A stretch of DNA of 32,000 nt, from assembly GCA_016125035.1 (NCBI GenBank), contig WGMN01000001.1, positions 4,617 through 36,616 on the forward strand, given 5' to 3'. The notes beneath the pieces were generated by a model. It searched no databases. It saw nothing but the letters and a program-made list of their open reading frames with translations, and was not told where the DNA came from. This DNA is from Pseudomonadota bacterium. Its GTDB lineage: Bacteria; Pseudomonadota; Alphaproteobacteria; UBA2136; UBA6156. Below are positions 1 to 6,536 of the stretch, one piece after another. The position numbers were made by a program, and so were the translations under genes. How positions within the stretch are numbered: position 1 is the first letter of the stretch; the number at the start of each line of letters is the position of its first letter.

Positions 1-99
1 CTTGAGCAGCTGGGGGTAGTCCTTACCGGCGAACCACAGGCTATCCCAGGTGCGGTTGATGCCGAGGCGCAGGCCGATTGGCTTGACTTTTTGACCCAT
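1..99 (-). CDS. rpsC: 30S ribosomal protein S3, N-terminal fragment (runs off window)
   Basis: Reverse strand from 99 reads [33 protein letters not shown], the typical S3 N-terminus, just downstream of rplV. Confidence 0.95.
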   Translation of the reverse strand, partial: MGQKVKPIGLRLGINRTWDSLWFAGKDYPQLLK

Positions 100-101
100 G
101 G

Positions 102-584
102 TTATGCCTCCGTCTTTTCAGTTGCTTGTTCAGGTTTGGCTTCAGCCTTGGCGGTGGTGGCGGGCTTGGAAGCTTTGGCGGCTTTGGGAGCGGCGGCCTT
201 TTTTTCCACCTTGGGGGCGGCCTCGGAGACCACCACGGTGAGGTGGCAGCGCGGCTTGAGGATGGCACCGGCGCGGCCACGGGCGCGGGCGTGCCAGCGC
301 TTGAAGACCATGCCTTTATCGGCATAGGCCTGGGCAACGATAAGCTTATCGACGTTCAGGCCGTGGTTGTGCTCGGCATTGGCGATGGCCGATTGCAGCA
401 CCTTTTTGACCACCGGGGCCTGCTTTTTACGGCAGAAGGTGAGCTCGTTGAGCGCGCGCTCGACCGGCTTGCCGCGGATGAGATCCATGACCAGCTGGGC
501 CTTGGTGTAGCTGCCCTTGGTGTCGCGCAGCGCGGCAAAAGCCTCGTTGGCGGCGACCAGGCGGGGAGAGTTGGGTTTGCTCAT
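102..584 (-). CDS. rplV: 50S ribosomal protein L22 with Lys/Ala/Glu-rich C-terminal extension
   Basis: [15 protein letters not shown]...[12 protein letters not shown]...[24 protein letters not shown] is L22-like; correct operon position. Confidence 0.97.
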   Translation of the reverse strand: MSKPNSPRLVAANEAFAALRDTKGSYTKAQLVMDLIRGKPVERALNELTFCRKKQAPVVKKVLQSAIANAEHNHGLNVDKLIVAQAYADKGMVFKRWHARARGRAGAILKPRCHLTVVVSEAAPKVEKKAAAPKAAKASKPATTAKAEAKPEQATEKTEA

Positions 585-597
585 GATGCGTTACCTC

Positions 598-900
598 TTA
601 CTTCTTGGCCGAGCTTGCAGCGGCTGCGGCGGCCAGGGTTTTCTTGTCCGGGTGGGCAATGAAGGTGCGCGTGGGAGCGAACTCACCCAGTTTGTGACCG
701 ATCATGTTGTCGGTGATCAGCACCGGAATGAACTTGTTGCCATTGTGCACCGCGAAGGTGATGCCGATGAAATCCGGCATGATGGTGGAACGGCGGGACC
801 AGGTCTTGATGACCTCCTTTTTGCCGCTGCCTTGAACCTTGGCCACTTTTTTGGCCAGGCTGCCATCCACGAAAGGACCTTTTTTGACGGAACGTGCCAT
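598..900 (-). CDS. rpsS: 30S ribosomal protein S19
   Basis: [15 protein letters not shown]...[22 protein letters not shown]. Confidence 0.98.
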   Translation of the reverse strand: MARSVKKGPFVDGSLAKKVAKVQGSGKKEVIKTWSRRSTIMPDFIGITFAVHNGNKFIPVLITDNMIGHKLGEFAPTRTFIAHPDKKTLAAAAAASSAKK

Positions 901-918
901 GTTTTGCTCTCCCTAATC

Positions 919-1752
919 CTAGCGTTTGCTGTTGCGGCGACGGATGATCATCCGGCTGCTCGGCTTACGGCGGTTGCGTGTTTTGGTACCCTTGGTGCCC
1001 TTACCCCACGGCGTGACCGGGTGACGGCCGCCGGAGGATTTACCCTCACCACCACCGTGCGGGTGGTCGACCGGGTTCATCACCACACCACGGACGGAGG
1101 GGCGCTTGCCCAGCCAGCGCGTGCGGCCGGCCTTACCGATCTGGGTGTTCATGTTATCCGGGTTGCTGACCGAACCGATGGTGGCGAGGCAGGCCTCGTG
1201 CACCAGGCGGACTTCGCCAGACGGCAGGCGCAGCTGGATGTAGGCGCCGTCCTTACCCGCGACCTGCACAGAGGAGCCGGCGGAACGGGCCATCTGGCCG
1301 CCGCGACCAGCCTTGAGCTCCACATTGTGGACCACGGTGCCGACCGGAATGTTTTTGAGCGGAAGCGCGTTGCCGGGCTGGATTTCAGCCTGCGGGCCGG
1401 ACATGACCGTATCGCCGCCCTTGAGCTTTTGCGGGGCGAGGATGTAGGCTTTTTCGCCGTCCTTATATTCAATAAGGGCGATGAAGCCGGAGCGGTTGGG
1501 ATCGTACTCCAGGCGGATGACCTTGGCCGGAACGCCGAACTTGGTGCGCTTGAAATCGATGATGCGCAGGCGGCGCTTGTGCCCGCCGCCGCGTTGCCAC
1601 GAGGTGATGCGGCCGCGGTTGTTACGCCCGCCGGTGCCGGACAACGGCTCGGTCAGCGAACGCTCCGGGGAGCCTTTCCACAGCTCGGAACGGTCGACCG
1701 TGATGAGCTGGCGGCGGCCGGCGGAGGTGGGGTTGTGGGTTTTAAGGGCCAT
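919..1752 (-). CDS. rplB: 50S ribosomal protein L2
   Basis: [28 protein letters not shown]...[34 protein letters not shown]. Confidence 0.99.
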   Translation of the reverse strand: MALKTHNPTSAGRRQLITVDRSELWKGSPERSLTEPLSGTGGRNNRGRITSWQRGGGHKRRLRIIDFKRTKFGVPAKVIRLEYDPNRSGFIALIEYKDGEKAYILAPQKLKGGDTVMSGPQAEIQPGNALPLKNIPVGTVVHNVELKAGRGGQMARSAGSSVQVAGKDGAYIQLRLPSGEVRLVHEACLATIGSVSNPDNMNTQIGKAGRTRWLGKRPSVRGVVMNPVDHPHGGGEGKSSGGRHPVTPWGKGTKGTKTRNRRKPSSRMIIRRRNSKR

Positions 1753-1764
1753 GGGGTTGTCTCC

Positions 1765-2079
1765 TTACTTCACGCCGGCCATGAGGTCGAGGCTCTGGCC
1801 GCTTTTGAGTTGGATGAAGGCTTTTTTAACGTCGCCACGTTGGCCGGCGCGGCCTTTGAAGCCACGGGCCTTGCCCTTTTGGATGAGCGTGTTGACGCGA
1901 GTGACTTCCACACCGTAGAGGCGCTGCATGGCCTCTTTGATTTCCGGCTTGGTGGCGCCCGGCGCGACCTCGAAGGCCAGCCAGTTGCCGGCTTCGGCGA
2001 CCTTGCTGGTTTTCTCGGTGACCAGGGGGCGGACCAGCACCTGGTAGTGCTTTTCAGCGGGAGCGGTTTTGCTGCTCAT
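1765..2079 (-). CDS. rplW: 50S ribosomal protein L23
   Basis: VLVRPLVTEKTSKVAEAGNWLAFEVAPGATKPEIKEAMQRLYGVEVTRVNT; between rplB and rplD. Confidence 0.97.
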   Translation of the reverse strand: MSSKTAPAEKHYQVLVRPLVTEKTSKVAEAGNWLAFEVAPGATKPEIKEAMQRLYGVEVTRVNTLIQKGKARGFKGRAGQRGDVKKAFIQLKSGQSLDLMAGVK

Positions 2080-2083
2080 GGGG

Positions 2084-2782
2084 TTACTCCTTCACCTTGG
2101 TAGTTTTTTTGGCGGCGGGCTTGGCGGCCTTGGCAGCCTTGGCGGCGGGCTTGGCCTTTTCTTCAGTGCCGAGGCGCGCGCTGAGCATTTCCACCGCCTT
2201 GCTGGTGATGACCAGCTTTTCATGGTGGAGAATATCGTAGACGTTGGCGCCGGAGGTGGGGATGACCTTGACCAGCGGCAGGTTGCGGCTGGCGCGGTCG
2301 AAGTTGGTGTCTACGCTATCGATAATGAAGGTGGCGTTGAGGGCGCCGAGCTTTTCAAGGCTCTTGGCCAGATCTTTGGTTTTGGCGGACTTGACGGCGG
2401 CCTCATCGATGATGATCAGGTTTTTGCCGGCAGCCTTGGAAGACAGCGCGGTTTTGAGCGCCAGCATGCGGACCTTTTTGGGCAGGCTGGTGGAGAAATC
2501 ACGCGGGCGGGGACCAAACACCACGCCACCGCCGACGAACAGGCTGGGCGACTTGGCGCCGTGGCGGGCTCCGCCGGTTTTTTTCTGGGCGTAGACCTTC
2601 TTCTTGGAGCGGTCGATCTCGCCGCGGGTGAGGGTGTTGGCCAGACCGGCGCGGCGGGCATCGAGCTGCCAGTTGACGGCGCGTTGCAGCAGGTCGGCGC
2701 GCACTTCCACGCCGAACACGGCCGGGGAAAGCGCGAGCGAACCGCTCTTTTTGCCTTCCAGGGTGAGGATGTCGAAGTTCAT
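2084..2782 (-). CDS. rplD: 50S ribosomal protein L4
   Basis: QKKTGGARHGAKSPSLFVGGGVVFGPRPRDFSTSLPKKVRMLALKTALS; operon position; Lys/Ala-rich tail. Confidence 0.98.
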   Translation of the reverse strand: MNFDILTLEGKKSGSLALSPAVFGVEVRADLLQRAVNWQLDARRAGLANTLTRGEIDRSKKKVYAQKKTGGARHGAKSPSLFVGGGVVFGPRPRDFSTSLPKKVRMLALKTALSSKAAGKNLIIIDEAAVKSAKTKDLAKSLEKLGALNATFIIDSVDTNFDRASRNLPLVKVIPTSGANVYDILHHEKLVITSKAVEMLSARLGTEEKAKPAAKAAKAAKPAAKKTTKVKE

Positions 2783-2801
2783 TTTCCTGATTCCCTTTTA
2801 A

Positions 2802-3464
2802 TTACTTAGCCGAAGCTTGTTTGGTTTTGGCGGCGTCGCGCACAACGATGAAACCGCCCTTGGCGCCTGGCACGCTGCCGCGCAGCAGGATGAGGCCTTG
2901 CTCGTCATCCACGCGCACCACTTCCAGGTTTTGGGTGGTGACGTTCTCGTTGCCGTAGTGGCCGGCCATCTTCTTGTTTTTGAAGACGCGGCCCGGATCC
3001 TGGCGTTGACCGGTGGAACCGTGGGAACGGTGGGAAATGGAGTTACCGTGGGTGGCACGGCCGCCGCCGAAGTTCCAGCGGAACATGACACCGGTAAAGC
3101 CGCGGCCTTTGGTGACACCGGCGACATCCACCAGCTGGCCGGCCTTGAAGTGGCTGGGCTTGAGCTCGGTGCCGATGGCGGGCAATTCGCCGGCGGGAAC
3201 GCGGAATTCCACCAGCTTTTGCTTGGGCTCGACGCCAGCCTTTTTGAAGTGGCCGAGCTCGGGGCGGGCAACGCGGGAGGCCTTTTTGGCAAAGCCGCCG
3301 ACCTGGAGGGCGGAGTAGCCTTCCTTCTCTACGGTGCGTTGGGCGATGATCTGGAGGCCTTCGACCTGCAGCACGGTGACCGGGATGTGGCGACCGTCTT
3401 CAGCGAAAATACGGGTCATGCCGACCTTTTTGGCGAGCAGGCCGTGACGGGAAGTGTTAGGCAT
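2802..3464 (-). CDS. rplC: 50S ribosomal protein L3
   Basis: [20 protein letters not shown]...[37 protein letters not shown]. The tracked ORF starts at 3503; the internal ATG at 3464 better fits L3. Confidence 0.97.
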   Translation of the reverse strand: MPNTSRHGLLAKKVGMTRIFAEDGRHIPVTVLQVEGLQIIAQRTVEKEGYSALQVGGFAKKASRVARPELGHFKKAGVEPKQKLVEFRVPAGELPAIGTELKPSHFKAGQLVDVAGVTKGRGFTGVMFRWNFGGGRATHGNSISHRSHGSTGQRQDPGRVFKNKKMAGHYGNENVTTQNLEVVRVDDEQGLILLRGSVPGAKGGFIVVRDAAKTKQASAK

Positions 3465-3480
3465 ATCAGTGTCCTCCCGC

Positions 3481-3804
3481 TTAAAGCTTGATTTGCACGT
3501 CAACGCCGGAAGCGAGGTCGAGCTTCATCAGCGCATCGATGGTTTGCGGGGTGGGATCGAGGATCTCCAGCACGCGCTTGTGGGTGCGCATCTCGAAGTG
3601 CTCGCGCGACTTCTTGTCGATGTGGGGGGAGCGCAGCACGCAGAAACGCTCGATGTTGGTGGGCAGCGGAATGGGCCCTTGCACCTTGGCGCCGGTGCGC
3701 TTGGCGGTTTCTACGATCTCGATGGTGGATTTATCGAGCATGCGGTAATCGTACGATTTCAACCGGATGCGGATGTTCTGCGCGGCTTCGACGGGCGTGG
3801 CCAT
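3481..3804 (-). CDS. rpsJ: 30S ribosomal protein S10
   Basis: [39 protein letters not shown]...[25 protein letters not shown]. Start reassigned from 3879 to ATG 3804. Confidence 0.97.
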   Translation of the reverse strand: MATPVEAAQNIRIRLKSYDYRMLDKSTIEIVETAKRTGAKVQGPIPLPTNIERFCVLRSPHIDKKSREHFEMRTHKRVLEILDPTPQTIDALMKLDLASGVDVQIKL

Positions 3805-3873
3805 GGCGAAGGATTCCTCCCTTTGGTGCGTGCCCGAATGCCGAACGGGTAGAGGCGCCTTATTAACACAATA

Positions 3874-3957
3874 AGCCAAACCCTTGATAAGCCTTGGGTT
3901 TGGCTGGACCGATAGGTGGCATTTTTCCGGTCCGAAATACAGCCCTGCAGTGCAGGT
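3874..3957 (-). promoter_or_regulatory. Structured leader of the S10 operon (three consecutive hairpins)
   Basis: Inverted repeats: agccaaaccc(3874-3883)/gggtttggct(3896-3905); ggaccg(3906-3911)/cggtcc(3928-3933); cctgca(3944-3949)/tgcagg(3951-3956). They lie between the promoter at 3966-3994 and rpsJ. Confidence 0.5.
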
Positions 3958-3965
3958 GTGGGCGC

Positions 3966-3994
3966 GGTATAGGGCGGATGGCGGGGAGTGTCAA
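3966..3994 (-). promoter_or_regulatory. sigma70-type promoter of the S10 operon
   Basis: Minus strand TTGACA (3989-3994) - 17 bp - TATACC (3966-3971), oriented toward rpsJ. Confidence 0.75.
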
Positions 3995-4033
3995 GGGAAA
4001 AGGGGCGGAAATGTTGGCGTGGCGGAGAGGTGC

Positions 4034-4137
4034 TGCGGCGCAGGCGGCAAAAGGCGGCGAAACGCTGCGGTGGGGCGGCAGAAAAGCGGCAAAAAGCGGC
4101 GAAAGGGCGGCAAGGGCGGGGCAAAAGCGGCGGAACA
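4034..4137. repeat. Low-complexity patch of degenerate GGCGGC(A/G)AAA-type units
   Basis: aggcggcaaaaggcggcgaaacgctgcggtggggcggcagaaaagcggcaaaaagcggcgaaagggcggcaagggcggggcaaaagcggcgg. Confidence 0.7.
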
Positions 4138-4143
4138 CTGCGA

Positions 4144-4227
4144 CAGCAGCAGGCCGCATGCGAGGAGCGTGGACCTGCGTCGTGCTTGCGAGGGCCGGGC
4201 CCGCGACGGTGCTATGGCCGGAGGCCA
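4144..4227 (+). repeat. Dispersed ~84-nt repeat, copy 1
   Basis: Left flank cagcagcaggccgcatgcgagg (4144-4165) and right flank cggtgctatggccggaggcca (4207-4227) are identical to copy 2; the 41-nt centre differs. Confidence 0.85.
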
Positions 4228-4238
4228 AAACTCTGGCG

Positions 4239-4268
4239 TTGACTGTTGGCGCAGAAACCCGATAGTTA
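4239..4268 (+). promoter_or_regulatory. Candidate promoter driving the structured RNA / small ORF
   Basis: TTGACT (4239-4244) - 18 bp - TAGTTA (4263-4268). Confidence 0.4.
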
Positions 4269-4270
4269 AG

Positions 4271-4422
4271 CCGTGGCGAAAGCCATGGGGCGTAGAAACC
4301 TCTAGACAAGCCAACCCGTGTGTCGGGGAGGCGGTTAATATAACAAGCTGCGAGGCTGAATAGCCGCGCCATTGTCTAGATGGTTCTAACTCCCCGGCTC
4401 TCTCTTGAGGGCCGTTGTTTTT
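4271..4422 (+). ncRNA. Candidate structured RNA or leader ending in a terminator-like hairpin
   Basis: ccgtggc-GAAA-gccatgg (4271-4288); closing stem tctagacaa(4301-4309)/ttgtctaga(4372-4380) around cccg/cggg (4315-4327) and cgaggct/agccgcg (4351-4368); then cggctctc-tctt-gagggccg (4395-4414) followed by ttgttttt. Confidence 0.45.
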
Positions 4423-4441
4423 AACAACAAGGGAGATGATT

Positions 4442-4546
4442 ATGAGAGATTGGTGCTGGCTTTTGACACGGCGGGCGGTGGTGGGGATTTTGGTGATGTT
4501 GGGGTTTTGGTGTGTGGTGGCGGGGGTGGTTTGGGTTTGGTGGTGA
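4442..4546 (+). CDS. Putative 34-aa hydrophobic Trp-rich membrane peptide
   Basis: Reads MRDWCWLLTRRAVVGILVMLGFWCVVAGVVWVWW*. Shine-Dalgarno-like AAGGGAG (4429-4435) lies 6 nt before the ATG. Below the supplied ORF-track length. Confidence 0.4.
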   Translation: MRDWCWLLTRRAVVGILVMLGFWCVVAGVVWVWW

Positions 4547-4647
4547 GGCCCCATAGACGGTGCGACGGAGTGAACGGGGGGCGGGGGGCGGTAGCCCCCA
4601 GCATCAAAGGGGGGATTGGGGGGAACCCCCACGAGGCCGTCGCTGCG

Positions 4648-4730
4648 CAGCAGCAGGCCGCATGCGAGGCCAGCCGTTTTGCCAGACGAAGGCGGCAAAA
4701 CGGCTAGGCCGGTGCTATGGCCGGAGGCCA
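4648..4730 (+). repeat. Dispersed ~84-nt repeat, copy 2, with palindromic centre
   Basis: Same 22-nt and 21-nt flanks as copy 1 (4648-4669, 4710-4730). Centre has a perfect 12-bp inverted repeat agccgttttgcc(4672-4683)/ggcaaaacggct(4694-4705). Confidence 0.85.
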
Positions 4731-4757
4731 CAATACGGCTTAGAGGCCACATTTCGC

Positions 4758-4786
4758 TTGACTTTTGCCACAAGTTCACCTATGAA
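4758..4786 (+). promoter_or_regulatory. sigma70-type promoter upstream of the CarG-like gene
   Basis: TTGACT (4758-4763) - 17 bp - TATGAA (4781-4786). Confidence 0.6.
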
Positions 4787-4854
4787 TTGTCATAGTCGCC
4801 GCGAGGTGGCTTTTTTGTTGGAATCAGTGCAACTGGCGGTGGTAGAGTGGCTTC

Positions 4855-5412
4855 ATGAAGAAGGTGATGGTGCTTGGTTTGGTGGTGGCCGCGCAGGTGG
4901 GGTGGGCGGATACACCGTTGGATATCAAGTACGGTGCCAATGAGATAGACCTGAATAACGACGGCGTGAAGGACCTGATTGTGCGGGTGCGGTGGGATAA
5001 CTTGAATGCGCACTCGTTTGATAAGTACCTGGTGGCCTTGCGGCTTGGAAAAGAAAGCGGGGAAGAGCCGGTTCTTTACGACGTGCCAATTGGAAAGAGC
5101 GCCGGTTATGACCATCCCTTGCTGATGACCGAAGAAGCGGCGGATTGCGCCACTAAAGATGATAAAACCATTCACCTTGGGTACATGTTTAGCCTTGATA
5201 AACGCGGCTACTTGCAGATTACGGAGTTTAACCGGATTGAGAAGGAGCCCGCGGATAACTACCCGGTTGAAGTAACAACCTACCGGTTAACCCATGCGGG
5301 GGTGGATAAGGAAATTGGGGTTTTGCCAGGTGATCCGATTTGGTATTTGAAAGAAGTGAAGGAGGTGAGGGCTCAGCGCAGGGTATGTGATGTGAGAGAG
5401 TTGATGAGGTAG
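4855..5412 (+). CDS. Secreted CarG/CpmJ-like family protein (putative)
   Basis: Signal peptide MKKVMVLGLVVAAQVGWA; then IKYGANEIDLNNDGVKDLIVRVRWDNLNAHSFDKY, resembling the carbapenem-resistance CarG/CpmJ family from memory; DxNxDGxxD loop. Confidence 0.6.
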   Translation: MKKVMVLGLVVAAQVGWADTPLDIKYGANEIDLNNDGVKDLIVRVRWDNLNAHSFDKYLVALRLGKESGEEPVLYDVPIGKSAGYDHPLLMTEEAADCATKDDKTIHLGYMFSLDKRGYLQITEFNRIEKEPADNYPVEVTTYRLTHAGVDKEIGVLPGDPIWYLKEVKEVRAQRRVCDVRELMR

Positions 5413-5430
5413 TTGGTTAAGATCAACGGG

Positions 5431-5453
5431 CGGGCCGGGTGGCCCGTTTTTTT
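5431..5453 (+). terminator. Intrinsic terminator between the CarG-like and SAA-like genes
   Basis: cgggcc-gggt-ggcccg followed by ttttttt. Confidence 0.75.
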
Positions 5454-5469
5454 ATGGGGAGGTAAAGAG

Positions 5470-6120
5470 ATGGTTCAGTTTAAGTGGCACACCGCAGGCT
5501 CGGATACATGCTTTAAGTGTGCGAGGTGGGAGGCGCGCATTTTCAAAAATTTGGGGGAGGTTCCCGAATTGCCGGTGCATCCGAATTGCCAATGTTTTAT
5601 TGAAGCTTTGACTGAGGACGACCTCAAGAAACTGGCGGAGGTGGGCAGACAATTGGAAGCGGGCTCGGCGGAAGTGGAGGAAGGGATAGCCCAATTCTCT
5701 CTTTACAGTGGCCTTTCCTATCTTCTGGAGCGCTTGGTTTCAGCCGCAAAAGAGCTTTTGGGAGAGCTTTTACAGATAAGCCAGACGTTTGAGATATTTC
5801 GGCAGAACTATGACGCCATGAAAAAAGCAAACACCATCGGAGCCGACAAATACTTTCACTCCAAGGCAAATGCCGAGGCGGCGCAACTGGGGGTAATAGG
5901 CGAAGCGACAGCGAAGTTTATAAGTGATTTCAGAGAGTTTTATGAGTACTATACGAATGTTCACCTTAAGGGGATGTCTTTAAAAGCTACGATTGAAGAC
6001 ATGAACGCCGACCAGCGGGCAAACTACAGGGGACGGGTGAGAGGGCGTCAGTTTCCTGACCGTGATGCCGGTGAACTGGTTAAAGACCAACGACCGAATG
6101 GATTGGGTGAGAAATACTGA
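5470..6120 (+). CDS. Protein with phage-head-morphogenesis-like Cys motif and C-terminal serum-amyloid-A-like domain
   Basis: ATG 5470 has SD ggggagg; the tracked TTG start at 5413 would run through the terminator hairpin. N-terminus: KWHTAGSDTCFKCARWEARIF...VHPNCQC. C-terminus: NTIGADKYFHSKANAEAAQLG...KFISDFRE...NADQRANYRGR...RPNGLGEKY matches recalled human SAA1 [20 protein letters not shown]...AISDARE...LADQAANEWGR...RPAGLPEKY. Confidence 0.75.
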   Translation: MVQFKWHTAGSDTCFKCARWEARIFKNLGEVPELPVHPNCQCFIEALTEDDLKKLAEVGRQLEAGSAEVEEGIAQFSLYSGLSYLLERLVSAAKELLGELLQISQTFEIFRQNYDAMKKANTIGADKYFHSKANAEAAQLGVIGEATAKFISDFREFYEYYTNVHLKGMSLKATIEDMNADQRANYRGRVRGRQFPDRDAGELVKDQRPNGLGEKY

Positions 6121-6476
6121 TGTCTAGACTTCTGGCGCATGTGGCCCGTGTGGTTGCCGTGGTGATGCTGGCTGCCTATTTGCTCCTGCTGGTGCATATT
6201 CCCCTGTTGGCGGGAGAGCCGAATTGGGTGCTGGGAACATGGCTCGGCATCGGAGTGGCTGTGCTGGGGGTGGGATGTTGGCTTGTTTATGCCTTTTCAT
6301 GGCGCAAGTTTGCCGTGTGGTCGGTTCTGGTAATAGCAATGCACGGAATGGTTTGGTGGGTGCCCGCAGTGAGGGGTCCTTTCGCCCACGATTCATGTCT
6401 GGACAGAGGCGGGAAGTGGTATGCGGATGGAACTTGCGAAGGAGCACGGATGCCTTCCCCGAGCACCACCCCCTAG
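6120..6476 (+). CDS. Small membrane protein with about 3 TM helices, overlapping the SAA-like gene
   Basis: Stop/start overlap TGATG at 6118-6122; hydrophobic stretches AVVMLAAYLLLLVHIPLL, WLGIGVAVLGVGCWLVYAF, FAVWSVLVIAMHGMVWWV; C-terminal DSCLDRGGKWYADGTCEG. Confidence 0.65.
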   Translation: MSRLLAHVARVVAVVMLAAYLLLLVHIPLLAGEPNWVLGTWLGIGVAVLGVGCWLVYAFSWRKFAVWSVLVIAMHGMVWWVPAVRGPFAHDSCLDRGGKWYADGTCEGARMPSPSTTP

Positions 6477-6492
6477 AGGGAAGCTGGGGTTA

Positions 6493-6519
6493 AAAAGCAA
6501 GGGGCCCATGAGGCCCCTT
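6493..6519 (-). terminator. Intrinsic terminator of rpoBC
   Basis: Minus strand aaggggcc-tcatg-ggcccctt followed by gcttttta. Confidence 0.75.
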
Positions 6520-6536
6520 CCCTTTCCGATTCAGCG

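Noticed and set aside
517-2103. 528-aa plus-strand ORF across rpsS/rplB/rplW
   Set aside because: Spans three well-supported ribosomal genes on the other strand; antisense artefact.
4271-4422. Tested by eye as tmRNA, 6S RNA, SRP RNA, RNase P RNA, 5S rRNA or tRNA
   Set aside because: None of the diagnostic conserved sequences I know for these RNAs are present, so it is left as an unassigned structured RNA.
4441-4550. Extreme G/T richness considered as a G-quadruplex tract
   Set aside because: The skew is largely explained by Val/Gly/Trp/Leu codons of the 34-aa ORF; G4 formation is possible but not the simplest reading.
3991-4779. 262-aa minus-strand ORF across the repeat region
   Set aside because: Covers low-complexity repeats, both 84-nt repeats and promoter elements; peptide is compositional noise with no domain.
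5413-5469. Upstream TTG start of the SAA-like ORF in the supplied track
   Set aside because: This extension would translate through the terminator hairpin and U-tract at 5431-5453; ATG 5470 has a strong SD at appropriate spacing.
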